From Bryobacterales bacterium (GTDB lineage: Bacteria > Acidobacteriota > Terriglobia > Bryobacterales > Bryobacteraceae), in the NCBI GenBank assembly GCA_963733465.1, contig CAVTDS010000001.1, forward strand, positions 137,994 through 201,993: a DNA stretch of 64,000 bases, read 5' to 3'. Position 1 is the stretch's first letter, and each line of letters opens with the position of its first letter. Position numbers and translations under genes: made by a program. The notes under the pieces were generated by a model that saw only the letters and a list, made by a program, of their open reading frames with translations, made no database searches and had not been told where the DNA came from. Positions 28,443 to 36,920 of this stretch are shown here, piece by piece.

Positions 28443-29387
28443 TCACGCATCCACGTGGCGCTCGAAGAACGTATCGAGCGCCGCTTTCTTCTTCCTCGAT
28501 AGCTCTCCCGCCAGCCGGTCCATCTCCTCCCGCGGCAAAGGCCGGAACTTCCGAACCAGGTCCACATTCTGCTCCAGGGCTTGGAGCGTAGGCATGCCGA
28601 TCACGGCACTCGCCACCGGCAGCGACAGGCAATAGTAGATCAGCTTCTCCGCCGGAGCTTCTCCCGCCAGCTCGTCTTGCGCGAAAACCTTCATCGCGAT
28701 AACGCCCATGTTCTTCCGCGTAGCCGCCGGAAGAGCCGTCGTCTCGAAACTGGCGTGCATGCCCGTCTGCGCGCCCCCGCGCTGGCCGGCGTTGAGCGCC
28801 ATCATGGTGCAGTCGAAATCGTGCCGCTCGATCGCCGCTCGCAGCGTCTCCGGGTCGGTGTGAGACGTGATCCCGATGAAGCGCGCCATCTTCTGATCGC
28901 GGATCTTGAGCAAAGCTTCGTACGCCCCGCCCTTCGCACTGATCCGGGCGAGATCGGCAGCGCCATCGAGGTGATGGATGTGTACCAGATCCACGCGATC
29001 GGTCCGCAGACGCTTCAGGCTTCCCTCCATCGCGCGCAAAGCGCCGTCGCTGTCGCGCTGGCTGAGCTTAGTGGCGATGAACGCCTCGCTCCGCCGTGCG
29101 CCAATGACCTCGCCGATGCGCGTCTCGCTTTCGCCGCCGCCGTAGTTCTCGCCCGTGTCGATGTAGCCAACACCGAGGTCCAATGCGCGATGGAGCATCG
29201 CGATGGATTGCTCGCGCTTCATTCCGAGAAACCGGCTCCCCGCCCCGAGCGTGAGAATCGAGACCCGCACTCCAGTGGCTCCCAGCATGCGGGTGGGCAT
29301 GGTCTCCGCGCCCGCCAGCAAACGCGCGCCCGCGGCGCCAGCGGCTGCGGCTTCGAGAAACTGCCTCCTGGATATCGATAGGGACAA
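28443..29387 (-). CDS. aldo/keto reductase with a Tat signal peptide
   Basis: Starts MSLSISRRQFLEAAAAGAAGARLLAG. ...LDLGVGYIDTGENYGGGESE...FIATK... is the AKR pattern. Confidence 0.85.
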   Translation of the reverse strand: MSLSISRRQFLEAAAAGAAGARLLAGAETMPTRMLGATGVRVSILTLGAGSRFLGMKREQSIAMLHRALDLGVGYIDTGENYGGGESETRIGEVIGARRSEAFIATKLSQRDSDGALRAMEGSLKRLRTDRVDLVHIHHLDGAADLARISAKGGAYEALLKIRDQKMARFIGITSHTDPETLRAAIERHDFDCTMMALNAGQRGGAQTGMHASFETTALPAATRKNMGVIAMKVFAQDELAGEAPAEKLIYYCLSLPVASAVIGMPTLQALEQNVDLVRKFRPLPREEMDRLAGELSRKKKAALDTFFERHVDA

Positions 29388-29458
29388 CGATCAGGCTCCT
29401 TTCGCAGGGTATCAAGTCTGGCAACGACACTTATGCGACGTCGGTTCGAGCCGGACGG

Positions 29459-30259
29459 TTACACGGCCGCAAGCCGTTCGGCGAGCCACGCGCTCAGGCA
29501 GGCGAAAAACTCTGCGCGCACCGTTTTTTCGAGCCAGGGATAATGTCCGCAGTGTTCCCATTCGCGGTATTCCAACTGCGGGACGTGCGGCGTGAGGCTG
29601 GCCAGGATCATGCGCCCCGGATGAGGGTCGGCGGCCCCGTGCAGCATGATCGCCGGCGCGCGGATCGCCGCGAACGCGGCGGGATACACGCCCTCCTGCT
29701 GTAGGCGCACCATGTCGTCCCACGTTTCCAGGTTCGCCCGCGCATCGACGTCCCCGAGTTCCAGATCCTCGCTCACAAGCTCGTAGGAGTACAGCGGCAG
29801 GATCAGCTTCGCCTCGGCCCGCAGCCGCTCGTCCGGGTCTCGGTGCTCACCTGGCAGTGAGGCCAGCCTTCGCCGCACTTCGTCGTCCATGCGTGCTTCG
29901 AGGGTCTCCTGCATGCGCGCCCGCGCGTCCAGGTCGAACGTGCCGCAGCCGACCAGCGCCAGCGGCCCGGCCAGGTCGGGATGCTTAGCCGCAAACGCCA
30001 GCGCCAGCATTGCGCCCCAGGACGATCCTACCAGCGCCGGCCTTGCCACCGCGCCCAGCGACGCTACCAACTCCCGCAGGTCCTCCAGGTGCCGCGCCAC
30101 GGTCAGCGGTTCGCCGCCGCTCGGCCGCTGGAACGGCTCGATCACCCGGAACCGGTCCGCCAGCCCGCGCGCCACAGGAGCCATATACCCCGGCGCTCCA
30201 GGCCCGCCGTGCAGCACGATGACCAGCGGACCCGATTCTCCGTACCTTCGAATTTGCAT
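29459..30259 (-). CDS. alpha/beta hydrolase
   Basis: Starts MQIRRYGESGPLVIVLHGGPGAPG. ...LVGSSWGAMLA... is the nucleophile elbow GxSxG. Alternative upstream starts extend to 30310. Confidence 0.75.
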   Translation of the reverse strand: MQIRRYGESGPLVIVLHGGPGAPGYMAPVARGLADRFRVIEPFQRPSGGEPLTVARHLEDLRELVASLGAVARPALVGSSWGAMLALAFAAKHPDLAGPLALVGCGTFDLDARARMQETLEARMDDEVRRRLASLPGEHRDPDERLRAEAKLILPLYSYELVSEDLELGDVDARANLETWDDMVRLQQEGVYPAAFAAIRAPAIMLHGAADPHPGRMILASLTPHVPQLEYREWEHCGHYPWLEKTVRAEFFACLSAWLAERLAAV

Positions 30260-30311
30260 TGCCTGCCGCGCTCCCATCGCGCTACAGTGATGGCCAGGGG
30301 GATGCGTCACC

Positions 30312-30758
30312 GTGTCAGTGAAACCTGTTCCTGAAGGCTACCATACCGCTACGCCGTATATCGTTGTTTCCGGCGTGGCCAAGGTCATCGAGTTTCTCGA
30401 GAAGACTTTCGACGCGAAAGAGATGGGCGAGCGCGCGACGCGGCCGGATGGTACCGTCATGCACGCCGAAGTGAAGATCGGCGATTCGCCCATCATGCTG
30501 GGCGAACCGGTTGGCCAGCTCGAACCCAGGCCGGGTTCCATCTATCTCTACGTCGCCGATACGGACGCCGCGTACCAGCGCGCCATCAGGGCAGGTGGCA
30601 CATCGCTCATGGAGCCCGCCGACCAGTTCTACGGCGACCGCAACGCGGGCGTCCGCGATTCGGCCGGCAACGTCTGGTGGATCGGCACGCACATAGAAGA
30701 TGTTGCGCCCGCAGAAATCGCGCGGCGTGCGGCCCAGCGTGCGAAGGCTCAGGGCTGA
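30312..30758 (+). CDS. VOC/glyoxalase family protein (PhnB-like)
   Basis: GTG start. ...GYHTATPYIVVSG...VMHAEVKIGDSPIMLGE...FYGDRNAGVRDSAGNVWWI... Confidence 0.8.
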   Translation: MSVKPVPEGYHTATPYIVVSGVAKVIEFLEKTFDAKEMGERATRPDGTVMHAEVKIGDSPIMLGEPVGQLEPRPGSIYLYVADTDAAYQRAIRAGGTSLMEPADQFYGDRNAGVRDSAGNVWWIGTHIEDVAPAEIARRAAQRAKAQG

Positions 30759-31576
30759 GTGTACGGGCCGCCAGTCCGGCCCACCGCTTTGAAGAACGTG
30801 TAGCAGAAGGTGCCGCCGGGTTCCGTGGCGCGGTACATGTCCGCGATCCCCTTGTCCCAGGCGGCCTCGTCGATGAGGCCCCATGCCAGCGCCTGATCGC
30901 GAACCCCTTCCACCATCGAGATGAACGTGTTCTTCGAGAAGCCCTCGACAAGCTCGGGACGGCTGGCATCCACGTAGACCATCCGCGGGCTCACCTGCAC
31001 GTCGCGGAAGCCCGCCTCGATCAGCAGAGGATAGAGCCGCCGGCCGATCAGCGCGTCGCCGCCCAGCCGCGCCTGCGCCTCGATCAGGCACTCCACCGTG
31101 CGCGACGCCTCCGGCGTGTGCGGATGGCAGTACCACGACCCGTGGTCGCCCTCGATCACGGTGATTTCGCCTCCCGGCCGCAGCAGCCGCAGGAGGGCGC
31201 GCAGGGCGCAAACCGGCTCCGCCAGGTGCTCCAGCACGAAGCAGACGAATACGCGATCGAAGCTTTCCTCCGGAAAGGGCAGATGGAAGACGTCGCCGGC
31301 CAGGAAGACGACGTTGCGGTGGCCTGCGGCCTCGGTCTGGCTCCTGGCCTGCCGCAGAGACGCCGGCGAGAGATCCATCGAGACGATGTGCGCTTCCGGG
31401 CTCGACGCGGCCAGAAACACCGTCTGCGCACCGACGCCGCATCCGCATTCAAGCACGCGGCTGCCGCCCGGGTAGCGCGTGTCGTGATGGAGCAGGCCGC
31501 TGAGGGTGGTGGCCTGGTCCGAGAGCCGCGCGCTCTCTCGATTCGAGTAACCGTGGACGTAAGCCGAATCGCTCAT
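30749..31576 (-). CDS. class I SAM-dependent methyltransferase
   Basis: Starts MSDSAYVHGY. ...RVLECGCGVGAQT...LRPGGEITV.... The ATG at 31576 overlaps the stop of the upstream gene (ATGA). Confidence 0.8.
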   Translation of the reverse strand: MSDSAYVHGYSNRESARLSDQATTLSGLLHHDTRYPGGSRVLECGCGVGAQTVFLAASSPEAHIVSMDLSPASLRQARSQTEAAGHRNVVFLAGDVFHLPFPEESFDRVFVCFVLEHLAEPVCALRALLRLLRPGGEITVIEGDHGSWYCHPHTPEASRTVECLIEAQARLGGDALIGRRLYPLLIEAGFRDVQVSPRMVYVDASRPELVEGFSKNTFISMVEGVRDQALAWGLIDEAAWDKGIADMYRATEPGGTFCYTFFKAVGRTGGPYTQP

Positions 31577-32346
31577 CGCCCCACCACCGCGCGGACCGCG
31601 TCTCCGCCGCCCAGCAACTCCTCGAGCAACGGCTCTTGTGGATAGCCCTGGCCGCGGCACCGGCGGAACCCTTCTCCAAAGTCTACGCCCGCGAGCGCGC
31701 CTGTCTGCCGAGCCCAGCGTTCCATGCGCGCCAGCGTGTCGTCGACTCCCAGAAACTGCGAAAGCCACTCCCGCTGGCTGCGATGCTGGGCTAGCATCCG
31801 CTGCTTGCGCGAAAAGGCCAGCCCGATGTCCACCACAAAATCGGGCACGACGGGGCAGCCCTCCCGGTCCACGCCTCCCGGCGGGTCCATAAAGTACAGG
31901 TTCGGAATCTTGGGGAGCGCGGAGGCGGCGCCGGGCGCGCCCGTGCGATAGTTCGGCAGCGCCGCGGCGTACAGGGAGTCCACGACCAGGTTGCCGGCCG
32001 CCCGATGATCGCATTGCGAATCCTGCGGCGACGCCGCCAACACCACGTCCGGCCGTGTGCGGCGCAGAATCTCGGCCACGCGGCGGCGCGATGGCTCGTC
32101 GTTGAATATCGCCAGATCGCGAAACTCCGCGCAGATGTACTTGGCGTTGACCAGCGCTGCCGCGGTAGCGGCCTCGCGCCGGCGTATGGCTGCAATCTGC
32201 TCCGGAGCGTGCTCGCCCGACCCGCAGTCTCCCGGCGTCATGGTGGCGATGGCGACCTCGTGGCCCTGCTCGGCCAGCAGCGCCAGGGTGCCACCCGCCA
32301 GAGCCTCGGCGTCGTCGGGATGCGCGTGGAAGGCGAGGATCTTCAT
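31573..32346 (-). CDS. PIG-L/LmbE family deacetylase
   Basis: MKILAFHAHPDDAEALAGGTL... contains the AHPDD motif. Confidence 0.8.
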   Translation of the reverse strand: MKILAFHAHPDDAEALAGGTLALLAEQGHEVAIATMTPGDCGSGEHAPEQIAAIRRREAATAAALVNAKYICAEFRDLAIFNDEPSRRRVAEILRRTRPDVVLAASPQDSQCDHRAAGNLVVDSLYAAALPNYRTGAPGAASALPKIPNLYFMDPPGGVDREGCPVVPDFVVDIGLAFSRKQRMLAQHRSQREWLSQFLGVDDTLARMERWARQTGALAGVDFGEGFRRCRGQGYPQEPLLEELLGGGDAVRAVVGR

Positions 32347-32377
32347 GGGGCCTCTCGCCATTGTACCCGTGCTGGCC

Positions 32378-32779
32378 CTATTCGATCTGGCGGAACAGCT
32401 CCACCGCGGCGGCGTGCGCCAGGATCACTTCGGGATCGCGTTGCAGGGCCTCAAGATAAGCCTTCTCGAAAATCCCGGTCGCATCGCAGGGCGAAAGCAA
32501 CTCGCGAGCCTGGCGCACCAGCCGGTCGGCGTCGGCGGGGACGGGAGCGTTCTCAGCCTCCAGGGTCTCGTCAATCAGCACGACGAGCTGCGAAAGCACG
32601 CGCAGCCACGCGAAAGCCGGATCGTTGAGAAGCAGGTCCAGAAACTGGCCGCTCGATCGGATCGGCTGAACGTCGCGTTCATAGAGCGCTCGCTCCGAAT
32701 GGAGCAGGATCGTGTGCAGCTTCAGCAGCCCGTTTCGCAACTCGGTGAGGCGCTGGCCTGGGTCTTTGGATGACGGCAT
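32378..32779 (-). CDS. hypothetical protein (helical, 133 aa)
   Basis: I trimmed the track ORF to the ATG at 32779 (MPSSKDPGQRLTELRNGLL...), because the longer form overlaps the leuA start region. No domain recognised. Confidence 0.5.
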   Translation of the reverse strand: MPSSKDPGQRLTELRNGLLKLHTILLHSERALYERDVQPIRSSGQFLDLLLNDPAFAWLRVLSQLVVLIDETLEAENAPVPADADRLVRQARELLSPCDATGIFEKAYLEALQRDPEVILAHAAAVELFRQIE

Positions 32780-32858
32780 CGCTCTCCCCATGGTGTCACA
32801 AGCGCCTGCACAAAGCCTCGCCGCCGTCGTACACTCGAAAGAACATACAGGAGTTGCA

Positions 32859-34394
32859 ATGTCCGAAAGAGTTGCGGTCTTCGACACTACTTTGAGAGAC
32901 GGAGAGCAGGCGGCTGGAACGCGCCTGGGCAGCAGGGAGAAACTGACCTTGGCCCGCCAGTTGGCGCGGCTGAACGTGGACGTCATCGAAGCCGGTTATC
33001 CGGCATCCTCGCCCGACGATTTCCAGGCCGTCGAGACGATCTCTCAGGAGATCGAGGGCCCCACCGTCTGCGCCCTCTCGCGCGCCGTGGCAAGCGATAT
33101 CGACGCCTGCGGCAAGGCGCTTGCGAAGGCCCGCAAGCCGCGGATCCACACCGGCATCGGCGTCTCCGACATTCACGTGATGGGGAAGTTCCGCGACGAG
33201 AAGTACGGAAAGACGCTCGAGGAGAAGCGGGCCTGCATCCTCCGGATGGCATCCGATGCCGTCAAGCTCGCCCGGAGCTACGCCGACGACGTCGAGTTTT
33301 ACGCCGAGGACGCCGGCCGTGCCGATCCCACCTATCTCTTCCAAATGCTCGAGACCGCCATCGACGCCGGCGCCACGGTGGTCAACATCCCGGACACCAC
33401 CGGTTACGCCGTGCCGGAGCAGTTCGGCGCCTTGATCCGCTCCATTCGCGAGAAGGTGCCGAACATCGGCCGCGCGGTCATCAGCGTGCATTGCCATGAC
33501 GATCTGGGTCTGGCGGTGGCCAATGCGCTCGCCGGAGTCCTGAACGGCGCGCGCCAGGTGGAAGGCACCATCAACGGGATCGGCGAACGCGCCGGAAATG
33601 CGGCCCTTGAGGAAGTGGTGATGGCCATCCGCACGCGCGCCGACTACTTTGGATTTGAAACCGGCATCGAGGCACGGGAGTTTTACCGCACCAGCCGCCT
33701 GGTCGCCGACATGCTCGGCATGGCCGTGCCCGCCAACAAAGCGGTCATCGGCGGCAACGCCTTCGCGCACAGCTCCGGCATCCACGTGGATGGCTTCTTG
33801 AAGAAGCGCGAGACCTACGAGATCCTTCGTCCCGAAGACGTCGGCTTCTCGGAGAGCCGCGTGGTGTTGACCGCGCGCACGGGCCGCCACGGCCTCCGCG
33901 ATCGTCTGGAAAAGCTCGGCTATGGGCTCTCGCAGAACGAGCTCGACCAGACCTACGAGCGTTTTCTCGCTGTCGCGGACAAGAAGCAGGAGGTCTTCGA
34001 CGAGGACCTTATCGCCATCCTCCACGACGAGCTTCATCCCGTTCCCGACACGTTCCATCTCGACTACCTGCAGGTATCGAGCGGCACCTCCGCGATTCCC
34101 ACGGCCACCGTGCGGCTGAGGGTGAAGGACGAGCTCAAGCAGGGCGCCGCCATCGGCGACGGGCCGGTGGACGCCGTGTGCAAGGCCATCTGCCAGGCGG
34201 CCCAGGTTTCCGCCCGGCTCGCGCGCTATGAGATCCGCGCCACCACCAGCGGCACCGAGGCGATGGGAGAGGTAACGGTCCACGTCGAGGAGGGAGACCG
34301 CAAGGTGATGGGCCGTGGCGCTTCGACCGACGTGATTGAGGCCAGTGCCAAGGCCTTCATCGACGGTCTCAACAAGCTCGCCGCCAGGCTCTAA
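32859..34394 (+). CDS. leuA: 2-isopropylmalate synthase
   Basis: Starts MSERVAVFDTTLRDGEQAAG. ...VSVHCHDDLGLAVANALAG...GTINGIGERAGNAALEEV..., followed by a C-terminal LeuA dimerisation/regulatory domain. Confidence 0.93.
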   Translation: MSERVAVFDTTLRDGEQAAGTRLGSREKLTLARQLARLNVDVIEAGYPASSPDDFQAVETISQEIEGPTVCALSRAVASDIDACGKALAKARKPRIHTGIGVSDIHVMGKFRDEKYGKTLEEKRACILRMASDAVKLARSYADDVEFYAEDAGRADPTYLFQMLETAIDAGATVVNIPDTTGYAVPEQFGALIRSIREKVPNIGRAVISVHCHDDLGLAVANALAGVLNGARQVEGTINGIGERAGNAALEEVVMAIRTRADYFGFETGIEAREFYRTSRLVADMLGMAVPANKAVIGGNAFAHSSGIHVDGFLKKRETYEILRPEDVGFSESRVVLTARTGRHGLRDRLEKLGYGLSQNELDQTYERFLAVADKKQEVFDEDLIAILHDELHPVPDTFHLDYLQVSSGTSAIPTATVRLRVKDELKQGAAIGDGPVDAVCKAICQAAQVSARLARYEIRATTSGTEAMGEVTVHVEEGDRKVMGRGASTDVIEASAKAFIDGLNKLAARL

Positions 34395-34486
34395 CGGCCT
34401 GTTTCAGCCACCACAGAGCAGCAAGGGAGTGGTGCGCCCGGTCGCAGAGTAACTTCCGCCATCACGGCGGTTCGTACCAAAGAAAA

Positions 34487-34514
34487 AAGGGAGGGGAATT
34501 GCTTCCCCTCCCTT
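34487..34514 (-). terminator. intrinsic terminator of gene 34534..36315 (possibly bidirectional with leuA)
   Basis: Perfect 12-bp stem aagggaggggaa/ttcccctccctt with a 4-nt loop, 20 nt past the stop. It is followed on the minus strand by TTTTCTTT. Confidence 0.75.
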
Positions 34515-34533
34515 GACTAACTAACAGAACGAG

Positions 34534-36315
34534 TTACTGAGTCAGCATCTCGTCCGTATCCGGATAGCCGTCGGCGGTCTCCGCCAGGCGCGGAAGGGCC
34601 GTGCTCAGGGAGCCGCCCATCACCAGCGCCAGGTAGCCCTGCGGCGCACCCGTCGGGCTCACGATGTAAGCGAACCCGTGGGCGAACTGGAAGTTGCAGG
34701 TTGCGATGACGTAGCCGCTCTCCGTGGTCAGACCCGAGGTTCCCTTCAAGGCGAAGATGTTCTCGAGTGTGTCGGCGAAAACCTGACCAGGCGCGACTGC
34801 ATCCGTCATGGCGACGGACGTGGTCGCCGCCGGCTTTGTGCCGGCTCCGGCGATATTCTGCGCGGAGGCAGAGCCGTACAGAACCAGCGTGCAAGTACCG
34901 GTCTGGGTCGGGGTCGAGAACGGATCCATCGAGGTATTCGCGATCTCGATACCGGTATCATAGCCCACCACGTTGGTGACGTACGGGAACAGCAGGTTCG
35001 TCACGCAGGGTTGAATCGTGATGGCCACGTTGGGGAAGGCAGGCGGCGCCGTGAAGCGCACAACCTCTGCCTGAGGATTCGTAAGAGACAGCGCGACCGG
35101 AGCCTGACCCTGGGTGAAAGTCGCCCATGGACCCAGCCCGGCCTGGAGAGTGATGCCGCCGGCAGTGCCGGTCGGCACGGTGTTCGCAACATACGAAACC
35201 GCCCAACCGAAAGTCAGGAAGTCCAGGTTGCCCAGGTCGGAGGTGGTGATGTCCCAAACTGCGGTCTCTGTCGCCGCATCGGCGAGTTCCACCCAGACCG
35301 GATCGTCCTTGGAATTGGGGCAGGACGCGGGGGCCGTAGTCAGTTTGCCCACCTTCACGTTGCTATCAATACCGGCAATCACGGCGCCACTGGAATCGGT
35401 AAAGTTAGAGGTTACCCAGATGTGGACATTCCCGACCAGCGCAGCGGGAACCGTCCATGCCGCCGTCAGTTGCACGCCGTTGGACACCGTGGCTGCTGCC
35501 GCGGACCCGCACGTCGCAGCGGTCCCTTCGCAGATCACTGGGCCAGTGGTCGGAGTGAGTGGGCCGAGGCCGACCTCGTCCGGCGCAGTCTTGAACGCAG
35601 TCTGCTGCAACTCCTGGAAGGTCAAACCATACGCTGTCGAGAATCCGGTTTGGCATTGCGACAGAGTAATCGCCGCAGTGGCGGCGGCTCCGCCGCAATC
35701 CGTCACGCTAACTTTCACGGCCGGCACGACAAAGCCCACGATGAAACCGGTCACCGTCGGATTGGTGAACACAACGGAATTGCCTGACGCCAAACTCGCG
35801 GACAGGAAGGACACAATCTCATTCCCCGAGGGGGACAGAATTATGTTGTAAGGCACAGTCGTGTCCGCGCGCACGTTGACGAACCGGACTACGAAGCTCG
35901 ATCCGGCCGGAAGGATAACGTTCGGGAACCTCAGCGCGTTGTTGACGTCGCCGCCAGTGCTGAAATAGATCCCCTGGACCGACTGCGCGTAGCCAGGCTC
36001 CGTGGCGGCGCACCCCGTGGCTTTGCACGGCACCACGAGGGCGGCCGCCTCTGTCGTCTGGTTGGAGGCGGTGGCATTCGCCGCGAGGGCGTTCGTCACC
36101 GTGGTGTTCAGCGCTAGGACGAATTGCGCCGTCTCGGCGACCGTAGCGTTGTTGTTCACGCAGGTCAGCGACACCTCACCGACGAAATCGGTGATGGCCT
36201 GCTGCCGCATAAAAACCGGGTCGCTGTTCTGAGTGCAAGTAACTTGGGCACTGGCTGTTGCCGCAGCGATGAGAACCACGGCCAACACCATGAACCATTT
36301 GCGAAAATCTGCCAT
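34534..36315 (-). CDS. secreted protein of unknown function (593 aa, Thr/Ala/Val/Gly-rich), candidate T2SS cargo or surface protein
   Basis: ATG at 36315 is preceded by AAGGAGAAGGAA. Signal peptide MADFRKWFMVLAVVLIAAATASAQ. Paired cysteines occur throughout. I recognise no family. Confidence 0.75.
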   Translation of the reverse strand: MADFRKWFMVLAVVLIAAATASAQVTCTQNSDPVFMRQQAITDFVGEVSLTCVNNNATVAETAQFVLALNTTVTNALAANATASNQTTEAAALVVPCKATGCAATEPGYAQSVQGIYFSTGGDVNNALRFPNVILPAGSSFVVRFVNVRADTTVPYNIILSPSGNEIVSFLSASLASGNSVVFTNPTVTGFIVGFVVPAVKVSVTDCGGAAATAAITLSQCQTGFSTAYGLTFQELQQTAFKTAPDEVGLGPLTPTTGPVICEGTAATCGSAAAATVSNGVQLTAAWTVPAALVGNVHIWVTSNFTDSSGAVIAGIDSNVKVGKLTTAPASCPNSKDDPVWVELADAATETAVWDITTSDLGNLDFLTFGWAVSYVANTVPTGTAGGITLQAGLGPWATFTQGQAPVALSLTNPQAEVVRFTAPPAFPNVAITIQPCVTNLLFPYVTNVVGYDTGIEIANTSMDPFSTPTQTGTCTLVLYGSASAQNIAGAGTKPAATTSVAMTDAVAPGQVFADTLENIFALKGTSGLTTESGYVIATCNFQFAHGFAYIVSPTGAPQGYLALVMGGSLSTALPRLAETADGYPDTDEMLTQ

Positions 36316-36525
36316 TTCCTTCTCCTTAGTGGAATTCGATTTGAATTGGTGGAAGTCTCTCTGTAACCTGAGCCTCTGTAGTGTGATCTCGATCACTGGG
36401 CAGGAAAGCGCGTCCCGCCGGAACGCTTGTTTGCGATTCGGTCGGCTAGCCACCTGCCTTCGCTCTGGATCTTGTCACGTGCTCTTTTGTTCTTGTTGGC
36501 CAAAGCGCTCGCGGAATTCAAGCTG

Positions 36526-36714
36526 ATTATACCCAATGCGCCACGAAGCGCAACACAACCCCATAGCTTCTAAGTGCAAACCCTATTATTCTCTCAGTGC
36601 TCCCCCTTGTCAAGCCAAAAACGCCTGATTCGGCGCCTTCCGCCTCCTTTATCAAAGAGTCAACTCCGCACCTCTTCAGTGAGGTATTAGACCACGGGGG
36701 GCATTGCAAGTCAA
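36526..36714 (-). promoter_or_regulatory. three sigma70-like promoter candidates in the 605-bp gspD / secreted-protein intergenic leader
   Basis: Minus strand: TTGACT(36714-36709)-N17-TCTAAT(36691-36686); TTGACA(36613-36608)-N17-AATAAT(36590-36585); TTGCGC(36553-36548)-N16-TATAAT(36531-36526). Confidence 0.35.
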
Positions 36715-36920
36715 CAGTTTTCCATTGGAGGGTGACGCCTTTTTGGCCGGTCCGCAGAGGACGCTTCCTGGCTCGCCGGTTGTGCTGGAGCGCCGAGCGG
36801 GCCAATGGAACTATGGTTCTAGTACTATCGGTGCCCGATACCCCTGCTTGCCACCGCACTCTGGCGTCCCGCTTTTGGGGACTGGGTGGCCCAAGCACGG
36901 CCGGGCCCATCGAGGCCGGG

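Noticed and set aside
36527-36910. 127-aa minus-strand ORF filling the gspD / secreted-protein intergenic region
   Set aside because: Third codon positions are frequently A/T, unlike the real genes here. There is no RBS, the product is Arg-rich and featureless, and the ORF runs straight through the three promoter-like elements. I treat the region as a non-coding leader.
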